From positions 1,145-65,144 of the forward strand of contig JAFWZX010000034.1 of NCBI GenBank assembly GCA_017517275.1: 64,000 nt of DNA. The letters run 5' to 3'. The position numbers were made by a program, and so were the translations under genes. A model generated the notes under the pieces. That model did not search any database. It was not told the origin of the DNA and saw nothing but the letters and a program-made list of their open reading frames with translations. Positions 49,167-59,014 of the stretch are shown piece by piece. How positions within the stretch are numbered: position 1 is the first letter of the stretch; each line of letters begins with the position of its first letter. Source of the DNA: Clostridia bacterium. GTDB lineage: Bacteria > Bacillota > Clostridia > UBA1212 > UBA1255.

Positions 49167-49694
49167 TTATTTACTGACAGCTGATGTCGGAATTTCGAAA
49201 ATGCCAAGTTCCGGTGTATTATATGTGAAAATAACAAATAACAGTCCGACTACAATCAGCAGAATAACAGCAATTCCCGGTGATTTAAGCCATAAGGATA
49301 CTGTGGAATTCAATATTTTTCTCGTTTCATAAAAATAAACAATAGCTGCCGTTAAGAAATAAATGGAAATATTCAGCCAATCGGGAGATGTGTCGATTGC
49401 GCCGTTATAAGTATAAAAAAAGACAGGAATCAACACGAGACCTATAATAATACCCTGTGCCTTAATACAAAAGAAGCTGTCAATATTTTTAAATGCCGAA
49501 GATTGGACCAGTGCAAATATAAGCATTGGCCAGAAGAGTAATTTCATATGTTCCCAAGTGGATTCATTTATCGCACAAAAAGGAGCAACGATAGCGGCTC
49601 TGCCGGTCCAATTATAAAGAAAATGCAACAAAACTCCGGATAAAGAAGTAAATATAAAGCCTAATAATTGCCATATGCAGACAGATCGTTTCAT
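49167..49694 (-). CDS. DUF6512-like membrane protein
   Basis: G.LLHFLY.W, NESTWEHMKLLFWP. Confidence 0.7.
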   Translation of the reverse strand: MKRSVCIWQLLGFIFTSLSGVLLHFLYNWTGRAAIVAPFCAINESTWEHMKLLFWPMLIFALVQSSAFKNIDSFFCIKAQGIIIGLVLIPVFFYTYNGAIDTSPDWLNISIYFLTAAIVYFYETRKILNSTVSLWLKSPGIAVILLIVVGLLFVIFTYNTPELGIFEIPTSAVSK

Positions 49695-49781
49695 GTTTCA
49701 CCTTAATAATGTATTTGATAGTAGTGTATTCATTAGTACAGAAAATATACCTTCGTTCCCACAATAAACGTAGCTTTATCA

Positions 49782-49811
49782 TTGACACACCGGCTTTATC
49801 GGTGCTATAAT
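49782..49811 (+). promoter_or_regulatory. sigmaA promoter of TPP-riboswitch leader
   Basis: TTGACA-18-TATAAT with extended TG. Confidence 0.7.
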
Positions 49812-49818
49812 CATGCCA

Positions 49819-49916
49819 CATGCTAGGGGAGCTGCTTTGAGTTCAAGCGGCTGAGAATGTCACCGGTGACAAACCCTCATTACTTGATCCGATTAATATC
49901 GGCGTAGGGAAGCATA
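49819..49916 (+). ncRNA. TPP riboswitch (thi-box)
   Basis: TAGGGGAGC...GGCTGAGA...ACCC...ACTTGATCCGATTAATATCGGCGTAGGGAA; upstream of a THI5/NMT1-type transporter. Confidence 0.93.
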
Positions 49917-49945
49917 AACAATTACAAAATAATTGATTATGGTCT

Positions 49946-49979
49946 CCTTACATGTAACCAAGCATGTAAGGCTTTTTTA
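49946..49979 (+). terminator. Riboswitch expression-platform terminator
   Basis: CCTTACATG-TAACCAAG-CATGTAAGG-CTTTTTTA. Confidence 0.8.
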
Positions 49980-50000
49980 TTTTAACCCAAAAGGTGTTGA

Positions 50001-50789
50001 TTGCAGACAATGAGAACTTCAATCAAAAGAATACTTAACAAGTCATATGCCATAATAGGGATAATACTGCTATTGGGTGTTTGGCAACTTGTTTGTAGTC
50101 TGGAATTGGTTCCCGGATTTATGCTTCCGTCACCGATTTCAGTTGCAAAAGCATTAGGCGAAGACTTTTCGCTTTTGATGCAACATACAAAAACAACACT
50201 TTTAGAGGCACTTTTAGGATTGACAATAGGAGTTGCGATAGGTTTTTTATTAGCAATAATGATGGATTCTTTCAAATTACTCAAGAAGATAACGTATCCC
50301 CTCCTTATAATCTCACAAACCATACCAACCGTCGCAATCGCGCCGCTGCTTGTGCTATGGTTTGGCTATGAAATGCTTCCGAAAGTTGTATTGATAGTAC
50401 TTACCACATTTTTCCCTATCGCTATTGGGCTGTACGAAGGTTTCAGCTCATGCGACAGCGATTGTATTAATTTACTTCGCTCGATGGGGGCAAGTAAATT
50501 ACAAATATTCGGATATGTGAAAATACCGGGAGCCGTTACACCGTTCTTCTCTGCTTTGAAAATATCTGCTTCATATTCAATCGTAGGAGCGGTAATTTCC
50601 GAGTGGTTAGGCGGCTTTGAAGGACTTGGCGTATACATGACCCGTGTAAAAAAGGCGTACCAATATGATAAAATGTTTGCGGTAATAATATTAATATCAA
50701 TTCTTAGTTTGATTTTGATGGGGATCATTTCCTTTGCACACAAAAAATTAACACCATGGGAACAAATTACAAAAAAAGGAGAAGACTGA
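50001..50789 (+). CDS. ThiX-type ABC permease (thiamine/HMP precursor)
   Basis: LPSP, QTIP.VAIAPL, GAVISEW.GG..GLG; TPP regulated. Confidence 0.88.
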   Translation: MQTMRTSIKRILNKSYAIIGIILLLGVWQLVCSLELVPGFMLPSPISVAKALGEDFSLLMQHTKTTLLEALLGLTIGVAIGFLLAIMMDSFKLLKKITYPLLIISQTIPTVAIAPLLVLWFGYEMLPKVVLIVLTTFFPIAIGLYEGFSSCDSDCINLLRSMGASKLQIFGYVKIPGAVTPFFSALKISASYSIVGAVISEWLGGFEGLGVYMTRVKKAYQYDKMFAVIILISILSLILMGIISFAHKKLTPWEQITKKGED

Positions 50790-50792
50790 TAT

Positions 50793-51779
50793 ATGAAAAA
50801 GCATTATTTAATTCTGATTCTCGTGTTCTGCATGGCGATAACGTTATTATTTGCAGGCTGTAATACGAAAGCAAAAACAACTGATATAACGTTTGTGTTA
50901 GATTGGACACCGAATACAAATCATACCGGCGTATATGTGGCACAGGCTTTGGGCTATTTCGAAGAAGCCGGCTTGAAGGTAACTATTGCGCAGCCTCCTG
51001 AAGACGGAGCAGAGATGTTAGTTGCAACAGGCAGAGCGCAATTTGGCATTTCTTTCCAGGATAATATGGCAGAAATTCTCAGCGGTGATAATAAACTGCC
51101 CATTACCGCCGTAGCCGCTGTAATTCAACATAATACATCAGGCATAATGTCACGTAAAGGCGAGGGTGTAACAAGTCCGAAAGGCATGGAAGGCAAACAA
51201 TATGCAACGTGGCAGTGGTCTATTGAGCAGGCTATTATCAAAAACGTCGTAGAAAAAGACGGCGGGGATTATAGCAAAATTACAATGCTTCCCGTTATGG
51301 TGACCGATGAAATATCTGCTTTGAAGACAGGTACTGTTGACTGTTTATGGATATATTATGCCTGGGCAGGCGTTGCGACTCAAGTTAACAACTACGAGAT
51401 TGACTATTTTGCATTCAAAGATATAAATCCTGTTTTTGACTATTACACACCGGTAATAATTGCAAACAACGAGTATTTAGAAAACAGTCCTGAAACTGCC
51501 GCTAAATTTATGGAAGCAGTATCCAAAGGCTACAAATATGCTTGTGAAAATCCGGAAAAAGCAGCAGATATTTTGTGTGAAGCCGTTCCGGAACTGGATA
51601 TTGAACACGTGCGGGCAAGTCAGCAGTGGCTTAGTGACAAATACATTGATGATGCTCCGAAATGGGGCTATATCGATGGACAAAGATGGAATAGCTTCTA
51701 CACGTGGCTTGAAGAGAATCAACTCATAGCAAATGATATACCGGAAAATGCCGGTTTCACAAATGACTTTTTGCCATAA
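50793..51779 (+). CDS. ThiY-type (NMT1/THI5) substrate-binding lipoprotein
   Basis: LDWTPNTNHTG.YVA, YYTPVII; FAGC lipobox. Confidence 0.9.
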   Translation: MKKHYLILILVFCMAITLLFAGCNTKAKTTDITFVLDWTPNTNHTGVYVAQALGYFEEAGLKVTIAQPPEDGAEMLVATGRAQFGISFQDNMAEILSGDNKLPITAVAAVIQHNTSGIMSRKGEGVTSPKGMEGKQYATWQWSIEQAIIKNVVEKDGGDYSKITMLPVMVTDEISALKTGTVDCLWIYYAWAGVATQVNNYEIDYFAFKDINPVFDYYTPVIIANNEYLENSPETAAKFMEAVSKGYKYACENPEKAADILCEAVPELDIEHVRASQQWLSDKYIDDAPKWGYIDGQRWNSFYTWLEENQLIANDIPENAGFTNDFLP

Positions 51780-51806
51780 TGAGTAATCTTAAGGAAGTAA
51801 TCAACT

Positions 51807-52553
51807 ATGAATAAGCTTGAGACAATCAATGTAACAAAATCTTTTGACGGACGATGCATTATAAAAGATATTTCGCTTCAGGTAGCAGATAACCAGATAG
51901 TTTGTCTGCTGGGAGAAAGTGGGATTGGTAAAAGTACTCTTTTTAATGTAATCGCCGGCATGATAAAGCCGGATTCGGGCCGAGTTGTAATAGACGGCAA
52001 TGACGTTACAGGTAAAGTAGGCATTGTTGGCTATAGCTTTCAGAAGGATTTGCTTCTCGAACACAGAACAGTATTGGACAACGTAATCCTGCCCTTGCTT
52101 ATCAAGGGCAGGAAAAAGAAAGAAGCTCGCGAAGAAGCTTTAGGGTATTTTTCGCTTTTTGGGTTAGAAGGTGCTGAGAAATTATATCCAAAGGCTATTT
52201 CAGGGGGGATGAGACAGAGAGCAGGATTACTTCGTACTTACTTATATTCTCCGGAGATTATGCTCTTAGACGAGCCCTTCTCAGCTCTCGATTCGCTTAC
52301 CAAGGCAAAAATGCATAATTGGTATCTTGATATTTCACAAAAATACAATCAATCCACGTTGATGATAACACACGACGTAGATGAAGCTGTATATATGTCA
52401 GACAGAATATACGTCTTATCTGCGGCGTCAGACGGGAGCGCTTATATAAAATCCTGCGTTGAAATTTCTCGTAAAAGAGAAAACCGCCGTGGATTTGACC
52501 TAACGGAGGAATTCCTGCAGTATAAGAAAAAAATTCATGATCTATTGTATTGA
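51807..52553 (+). CDS. ThiZ-type ABC ATP-binding protein
   Basis: GESGIGKST, ISGGMRQR, LDEPFSALD, THDVDEA. Confidence 0.9.
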   Translation: MNKLETINVTKSFDGRCIIKDISLQVADNQIVCLLGESGIGKSTLFNVIAGMIKPDSGRVVIDGNDVTGKVGIVGYSFQKDLLLEHRTVLDNVILPLLIKGRKKKEAREEALGYFSLFGLEGAEKLYPKAISGGMRQRAGLLRTYLYSPEIMLLDEPFSALDSLTKAKMHNWYLDISQKYNQSTLMITHDVDEAVYMSDRIYVLSAASDGSAYIKSCVEISRKRENRRGFDLTEEFLQYKKKIHDLLY

Positions 52554-53639
52554 ACAGAAGACAATCATGAGAAAGAGGAAAGCAAAGTTTATTCCTGTAA
52601 ATTTCAGGAAATAACTTGCTTTTTTATTTGGATAATACGTTGAAAATTGTCTGAACGTTATTAAAGACGCCAATGAGGCAATCAACGTACCCGTTCCTCC
52701 TATATTTACACCAATCAGTAGTTCTTTCCAGTTATTTGTAAACTGCGACAATAAAATTGCTGAGGGGACGTTTGACATGAATTGACAACTTAAAGCAGAT
52801 GCCGATAATGTGTTCTTGTTAAGAAGCGGACTGATAAAGTTACTTACAGCTTCAATTCTCGATAAATTACCTGCGAAAATAAAAAAAGCGACAAACGTAA
52901 ACAGTAGCGGATAGTCAACCTTTGCTAAAGCGTGTCTGTCAAAAATAAAAAGTGCTACAGTTACTACTATAACTCCCAAAATATACGGAATAAAGCGGAA
53001 AACAAGTAGTATAGATAAAGCAAAAAGAATCAGGTATATAATTGTATTTCTTTGAGGCAAATGAATAGGTTTAAACTTATCCACAGTAAGCTTTTCTTTT
53101 TTTATGAATATGAAACACGAAAGCGTAATAAGGGCTACTGCAAACAAGAAAGGGAGTAGCATAACAGCCATAAATTGCCCGGTGGGAATATTGTAATAAG
53201 TATACAGATAAAGGTTTTGAGGGTTACCGAAGGGAGTAAGCATTCCTCCCAGATTTGCCGCGATATTCTGCATTATAAACATAAAAGCCATATGTTTATC
53301 GTTATTTGTACGATGTAAAACGATGTAGCCCAAAGGCAAAAAAGTGATAAGTGCCATGTCATTTGCGATTAACATAGAACCGATAAACGTAATATATACG
53401 ATACTAAGCACCGCACTTCGCAGGCTGCCGGCTATGACGATAATTTTTCTGGCAATATACGTAAAGAATTCAATATCTCTCAATGCCATTACAACAGCCA
53501 GTACACAATAAAGGCAACTAATGGTTTTAAAATCAATATATCCTGCGTACTCTTTATCAGGCGGTACTAATAAAATTGATATTCCGGCGGCTAACAGAGC
53601 AATAATCAAAACTGTGTTTTTTTTCACAAAGCTTAACAA
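52542..53639 (-). CDS. SLC13/ArsB-family (citrate transporter-like) anion permease
   Basis: ANDMALITFLP, AANLGGMLTPFGNPQNLY, SNVP, GTLIASLA; start estimated. Confidence 0.85.
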   Translation of the reverse strand: MLSFVKKNTVLIIALLAAGISILLVPPDKEYAGYIDFKTISCLYCVLAVVMALRDIEFFTYIARKIIVIAGSLRSAVLSIVYITFIGSMLIANDMALITFLPLGYIVLHRTNNDKHMAFMFIMQNIAANLGGMLTPFGNPQNLYLYTYYNIPTGQFMAVMLLPFLFAVALITLSCFIFIKKEKLTVDKFKPIHLPQRNTIIYLILFALSILLVFRFIPYILGVIVVTVALFIFDRHALAKVDYPLLFTFVAFFIFAGNLSRIEAVSNFISPLLNKNTLSASALSCQFMSNVPSAILLSQFTNNWKELLIGVNIGGTGTLIASLASLITFRQFSTYYPNKKASYFLKFTGINFAFLFLMIVFCSIQ

Positions 53640-53746
53640 AGTAAAACATCTCTTTTGCAAAATAGAGTTAAAAAACAGACCACGTAATGCTATCACATCG
53701 TGTTGTAAAGTCAATAGAATAAATATTAAAAAATACTGTTATATCT

Positions 53747-53775
53747 TTGACAAATGTCATAGTATGTCATAAAAT
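53747..53775 (+). promoter_or_regulatory. sigmaA promoter overlapped by TGACA-NN-TGTCA palindrome and ATGTCATA direct repeat
   Basis: TTGACAAATGTCATAGTATGTCATAAAAT. Confidence 0.65.
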
Positions 53776-53805
53776 ATCCCTCAGATAACAAGAGGAGGGA
53801 TTCAT

Positions 53806-54435
53806 ATGTTTACGATCAGATCAGAGTATGAAGCACTGGAAGTTTTTAACAAAGAAGATATAGAAGAGGCTAAACAAATTGCTGATGAGAAGGCAGCTTG
53901 GGGATACAGGGTATATGACGCAGAAGGTAATATAGCGTATGCTCCGTATAGCGAAATGGTTACAAAAATGCTCAGCGAAGGCAAAAGGATTACGGACCAC
54001 GTTCGACAGGCCGGCTTCAAGTACGGTCATGCAATGGTAAATCCTGCCATTGATGAGGTTAACAAAACAGTAAGTTGCGACCGTTTTGTTGGCTGGGTTT
54101 TGTATAACGTCGGTTTTACAGATCAGCCTGAAGCAAATGGATTATACGTTTACGATGGCCGAGATCCGTCGCATGACCTTGCTACTTTCTGTGAAAAACA
54201 CGGCTTTACACGTATTGAAGATCCTGAGGATTTACGTGCCGGTGACATATTATTTGTAATTCCAAAACAGTCAAGTAAAGGCATTACATATGGTAGCCAT
54301 ACGTTTATGTGTGCAGGTCGCGCAAATGAAACGGATTTCTACAGATATGATTGCGGTTCTGACCACAGAATTCAAAGCGTTCAGCCTATGTGTGAACCTA
54401 TAAAAGAATTTTTATTCGGTTACAGACCGAACTGA
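53806..54435 (+). CDS. NlpC/P60-superfamily (amidase-like) protein without signal peptide
   Basis: SCDRFVGWVLY (Cys), LRAGDILF, SHTFM (His), YDCG. Confidence 0.6.
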   Translation: MFTIRSEYEALEVFNKEDIEEAKQIADEKAAWGYRVYDAEGNIAYAPYSEMVTKMLSEGKRITDHVRQAGFKYGHAMVNPAIDEVNKTVSCDRFVGWVLYNVGFTDQPEANGLYVYDGRDPSHDLATFCEKHGFTRIEDPEDLRAGDILFVIPKQSSKGITYGSHTFMCAGRANETDFYRYDCGSDHRIQSVQPMCEPIKEFLFGYRPN

Positions 54436-54502
54436 GTAGAAAGCAAGAACGGGAGTTTATGAAACTATCACTAAGGTGTTAAAATTCGCGTGAACACCGT
54501 GG

Positions 54503-54542
54503 AAAAAGAACTTTTCAATTTTATGTTGAAAAGTTCTTTTTT
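54503..54542. terminator. Bidirectional terminator between convergent genes
   Basis: AAAAAGAACTTTTCAA-TTTTATG-TTGAAAAGTTCTTTTTT. Confidence 0.85.
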
Positions 54543-54642
54543 ATTGCTTTGTGTTATTAAGCGTATCGGTCTTGCGTGTGTAAAGTGGCTTAAAGAGCGA
54601 TGGTATAGAAATAATATTAAGAAGTATGCCGATATCATCTTT

Positions 54643-57450
54643 TCAACCTAAGGCTTTTGTCTTTCTTGTCAAATCATGAAGAAGTATTTCCTTAGTATAC
54701 TTTGACTCCTTAAGTGCCTTTCTAACATCAGCATCTCTGTCAGTAAGGTTATAAAGATACGTATCACAAGGATACCAAAGTCTTGCCGCTTTAATATGTC
54801 TGTAAACAATCAAAGGACAGTCCTCAACACCATGGTGTGAAACCTGACAGTTTGTAGATTTCAAATAATCTCCAAAATATGCAGCCATTGGTTCCATTTG
54901 GTCTACCCCTGCATCAGCAAGTAATAACATTTGGTCGTTTTCTGTTATCAATCTTGCAACAACGCAAGTGTTGTTGCTTGTGCCTTTTGGTGTTGAGAGT
55001 ATATATGCATCATGATGTGTACCTAATATTTCCATTTTCAGGCTTCCAAAATCGAATACCATTCCGGGATACACATTACAAATAACAGCACCCTCAAATT
55101 TGGCAACGTCTGCATCTAAATATTTTTGTAAATAACCATCATTTGCCTGCATACTTCTTACTTCTTCTGTTATTTGATTTACTATCATTGTTTCCAATGT
55201 TACATCCTTAGCATACGTATTACAGAAGTTTATAAATGTTCCGTAATGGTCACCATGTGGATGTGTAATTATCCATGCACGGATTATTATTTTATTTCCA
55301 TCGGGTGTTAAGTCATTAAGTGTTCCCCAAAGCTCACCTAATATTTCTGTATCCGTTGTATCTCTATAACCACCGTCATAAATGATAAAGCTGCCATCTT
55401 CAAGCTGAATCACATAACCCATACCATTAATCTGTTTTGATTTAAGCTGTGTTACACTCGTTTCAAAGCTGCCTGTTATGTTAGCTAAGGCCTTATCAGG
55501 AAGTGTATTAGCTCCATTTTGCGACTTAACTATTGTCATTCTGTTTTCGATTTCATACCAATACATATGAATCATTTCAGAGCCCTTTGTGTATGTTGCA
55601 GCTAAGTTCTTATTAGCTGCAAATTTACTGTATGAGCTATAGCCGTTTGCTTCATAATATGCCATTACACCTTTAGCTTGAGCTGCTGTAATGTCGAAAT
55701 AGTAATACATTTTATCTGCATTAAAGCAGGTATACTCATATCCAACAGTAAGTGTAGAAGGATCAAGTGTGCCCGTGAAGTTTTCACTTGCACTTGTATC
55801 GCGTTTTACCACATCATCAAGTACAATTTTGTTTTCTGCTGAATCAAGAAGAATAATCTTCTTAGTTGCAACAGATTTTGCAAGTGTATCTCTTACTGTT
55901 TTGTTCGTTGTATTTGTATTAAATGTATTTGTTGTTGCCGGACAGAAAAGTGTAGGTGCTCCTATTACATTGTAGATGTACATTGAAAGGTCTCCAAGAC
56001 CATTTTCTGCCATTTGACATATATCACTCTTTAGATAATCTCTGTAATATATTGCCATTCTTCTGGCACTGTTAAGACCTATATTTGAAAGCATCATTAC
56101 ATTGCAATTATCTGTTACTATTCTTGATACAAGTGATGTGTTTCTAAATTCTGCGGCCTCTGTGCTTCCGTTTTCAACTCTCGGAACGTCGCAGATATAT
56201 TGCTCCTCTGCTGTGAAGAGTATTTCCATTTTTACATTGCAGAATGTGAAATCCATTCCTGTATGTGCATAGCATACTTTTGCACCTGTAAATTTCGTAG
56301 CATCTGTTTTGAATGTACTTGTTAAATATGTTTTTGATACCGGTGATGAAATCTTTTCACTTATTGGTGCTGTAATGATTGTTTCTAATTTAATGCTTGA
56401 TGCATACTTTGATGCAAAAGCTGAGAAGGCTTCGTAATTATCACTTTCTGCAACTGTAAGCACCCATGCACGAACTATTATTTCTTTTCCGCCACTTAAA
56501 GTAGTTAAAGTATTTTTGATTTCATCTGCACATGCTGCATTACCGCCATCATAAATTATGAAGCTACCGTCTGCAAGCTGGTAAATATATCCGGTTACAT
56601 CGCTACCGTTACCTTTAATCTGTGTAACAGTTGTTTTATATGAGCCTGTTGTAACAGCCGGCTTTTGTGGTGGCAGGTTTGCTCCGTTTGTGTCTGAATA
56701 GATTACATTCAATTCTGATTCACAAGCTATCCAGTAAATATGCGCCATTTTACTGCCGTTTACCAAAGTAGTAAAATGATTGCCGTTTTTCTCGTTTTGG
56801 TTATATATTGTAAAGCCTTTTTCTGTATAAAATTTACATGTATTGTTATAGTCATCGTATGATTTTTCATAATATGTGTTCAAATCTGCGCCACTACCGC
56901 AAATATATACACTATCAAATTCATATTCAGGATAAATGCCTATTGGATTTTTATTTACAACGAGTTCTATTTTATTGACTACAATACCATTTTTGGCATC
57001 TTTTAATTCCAGAAACATTTCGCCTGCCTCCCTAATATTTGAAACATCAAATGTAACGCTCGTATTTCTGTCTGTCCATGCTTTAGCAGGCACACATTCA
57101 GCATTTCCAATATATTCACCTGTTGAAGTTTTAAGTGTCAGCGTACCTATTTGGCTTGCATTTTCAACATTACCATAATATACGATAATTTTGTTATATT
57201 TTCTTAAATCAATTTTTCCTATGGAATGAGAATCTGCAGAACGCAATCCGCCTGTACCGAATTTTAACAGTGGTTCGTCTACGGTATATCCACCTTCTGT
57301 AAGTACACCTTTCGTAGGCAATTTCGAAATATCAATTGTTTCTTTCACTTCCTGAACAGGTTCTACTTTTTCTCCTTGGGAACAAGAGCAAACCATGGCT
57401 AAAAGAAGGAAGCATATGCAGATAAAAATATTTTTTTTAATTTTCTTCAT
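54643..57450 (-). CDS. Lipoprotein with N-terminal beta-rich domain and two tandem ComEC/Rec2-like metallo-beta-lactamase domains
   Basis: VCSC lipobox; two copies of GY..QL.DGSFIIYDGG; THPHGDH and SHHG in the second copy only. Confidence 0.82.
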   Translation of the reverse strand: MKKIKKNIFICICFLLLAMVCSCSQGEKVEPVQEVKETIDISKLPTKGVLTEGGYTVDEPLLKFGTGGLRSADSHSIGKIDLRKYNKIIVYYGNVENASQIGTLTLKTSTGEYIGNAECVPAKAWTDRNTSVTFDVSNIREAGEMFLELKDAKNGIVVNKIELVVNKNPIGIYPEYEFDSVYICGSGADLNTYYEKSYDDYNNTCKFYTEKGFTIYNQNEKNGNHFTTLVNGSKMAHIYWIACESELNVIYSDTNGANLPPQKPAVTTGSYKTTVTQIKGNGSDVTGYIYQLADGSFIIYDGGNAACADEIKNTLTTLSGGKEIIVRAWVLTVAESDNYEAFSAFASKYASSIKLETIITAPISEKISSPVSKTYLTSTFKTDATKFTGAKVCYAHTGMDFTFCNVKMEILFTAEEQYICDVPRVENGSTEAAEFRNTSLVSRIVTDNCNVMMLSNIGLNSARRMAIYYRDYLKSDICQMAENGLGDLSMYIYNVIGAPTLFCPATTNTFNTNTTNKTVRDTLAKSVATKKIILLDSAENKIVLDDVVKRDTSASENFTGTLDPSTLTVGYEYTCFNADKMYYYFDITAAQAKGVMAYYEANGYSSYSKFAANKNLAATYTKGSEMIHMYWYEIENRMTIVKSQNGANTLPDKALANITGSFETSVTQLKSKQINGMGYVIQLEDGSFIIYDGGYRDTTDTEILGELWGTLNDLTPDGNKIIIRAWIITHPHGDHYGTFINFCNTYAKDVTLETMIVNQITEEVRSMQANDGYLQKYLDADVAKFEGAVICNVYPGMVFDFGSLKMEILGTHHDAYILSTPKGTSNNTCVVARLITENDQMLLLADAGVDQMEPMAAYFGDYLKSTNCQVSHHGVEDCPLIVYRHIKAARLWYPCDTYLYNLTDRDADVRKALKESKYTKEILLHDLTRKTKALG

Positions 57451-57467
57451 TTTAAATTCCCCTCGTA

Positions 57468-57803
57468 TTAGATTCTTACTGTACTTGTTACAATTCTCGA
57501 ATATGAGTGGAAGGGACTGCCATGCAAAGGCAGGCGCATTTCTTCCAATTCCTCTATTTGAGAAAGTTTTCCGTTAAGATATTCACCAAGACGTTCTATT
57601 GCTGTTTCGATACGTGACTTTGTACCACCATAGCGACGGTCAAGAACTTCCCAGCCAAAAGGCTTATATGTTTCCATCCACAGCTCTTTATGAAGATTTT
57701 GACAGCAAGCTGTCAGTTCTAAAAGCTCCGGCAATTTTTCATTACATATTTCTGTCATAAGCTGCTTATCAGCGTTATTATATGCTGCTGTGATTTTTCC
57801 CAT
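57468..57803 (-). pseudogene. C-terminal fragment of a GH20 beta-N-acetylhexosaminidase
   Basis: W...YKPFGWEVLDRRYGG...R...A..RL..YL.G....IEELEE matches the helical C-terminal region of GH20C-type enzymes; catalytic domain missing. Confidence 0.7.
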
Positions 57804-57848
57804 AATGTGTTCTCCTATTATTTTTACGAACTTATTTTTTGCGAGTTT

Positions 57849-57877
57849 AGTATATCACATTATGTGAATTTTGGTAA
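57849..57877 (-). promoter_or_regulatory. Promoter with palindromic spacer for GH20-fragment/MBL unit
   Basis: Minus strand TTACCA-17-TATACT with extended TG; spacer contains TCACATAATGTGA. Confidence 0.55.
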
Positions 57878-58110
57878 TATGTGTTTTCAAAGTTACCATT
57901 CTATGCTTTTTAATATTGATATTAACTTTAAGTCGGCAGGCAGCCATTCTACGATGTGGAGGTTGTCCTTCGTAAGCCATTTTGCCTCCTCGTGTTCTTT
58001 TAAAATAAGGGTAAATTCTCAGACTAAACGCAACACTTAACTTGCACAGTTGCATTTACTTTGAGAATTTACCTCCTACAAAAAATGTATTTTGTGCAGT
58101 GCAGTTTGCA

Positions 58111-58139
58111 TTGACAAAATCGATCATCATTGTTATCAT
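58111..58139 (+). promoter_or_regulatory. sigmaA promoter of proBA-cmk-plsC-ispH/rpsA
   Basis: TTGACA-17-TATCAT with extended TG. Confidence 0.7.
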
Positions 58140-58178
58140 CATTTCTGTATGAGTTTCAACAGTCAAGAGGTTTTCACA

Positions 58179-59012
58179 ATGGATATAATAGACAAATCCC
58201 GTGAGGCAGAGCATAGAGCAAAGCTTAAAAAAGCGAAAAAAATCGTTATCAAGATAGGAACGTCTTCTTTAATGTACAAAGATGCCGGTATTAATCTTAG
58301 ACGAATCCATAAATTGTCAGAGATTATTTCAGACCTGATGAATGAAGGCATGGACGTAATTCTTGTTTCATCTGGTGCTATCGGAGTGGGTGTCAAGATG
58401 CTCAGACTTCCCGAGAAACCAAAGACGGTAGAAGGTCGCCAGGCTGTAGCGGCAGTCGGTCAGGTAGACCTTATGAAATTATACAGTATGGCTTTTGCTG
58501 ATTACGGTTATTCTGTAGGTCAGATATTGCTTACAAAAAATATCTTAGATAATGAGGAATCAAAGAATCACTCAGTTAATACTTTTACGGAATTACTTAA
58601 AATGCGCATTGTACCGATCGTTAATGAAAACGATACAGTGGCTGTAGATGAGATTAAATTCGGTGACAACGACAGCCTTTCATACCTGGTTGCAACGATT
58701 AATAAGGCTGATTTACTTATTATACTCACTGATATTGACGGCTTCTATTCTAACAATCCCAATGAGGATCCAACTGCAGTTTTATATCACACGATAGAAG
58801 ATTTATCGGAAAAAATTGAGGAGGTAGCAGGCGGTGCAGGCAGTAAATTAGGCACAGGGGGCATGCTTACCAAGGTTCACGCCAGCAGACTTGCTGCAGC
58901 ACAGGGAATAAACGCGGTGATTGCCAACGGAGATGATCCTAAGATAATACATAATATACTAGACGGCATGGACGTAGGTACCTTGTTTGTAGCTCGGGGA
59001 AAGGATGAATAA
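58179..59012 (+). CDS. proB: Glutamate 5-kinase (no PUA domain)
   Basis: VIKIGTSSL, VSSGAI, NENDTV, FGDNDSL, GTGGM.TK. Confidence 0.96.
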   Translation: MDIIDKSREAEHRAKLKKAKKIVIKIGTSSLMYKDAGINLRRIHKLSEIISDLMNEGMDVILVSSGAIGVGVKMLRLPEKPKTVEGRQAVAAVGQVDLMKLYSMAFADYGYSVGQILLTKNILDNEESKNHSVNTFTELLKMRIVPIVNENDTVAVDEIKFGDNDSLSYLVATINKADLLIILTDIDGFYSNNPNEDPTAVLYHTIEDLSEKIEEVAGGAGSKLGTGGMLTKVHASRLAAAQGINAVIANGDDPKIIHNILDGMDVGTLFVARGKDE

Positions 59013-59014
59013 TT

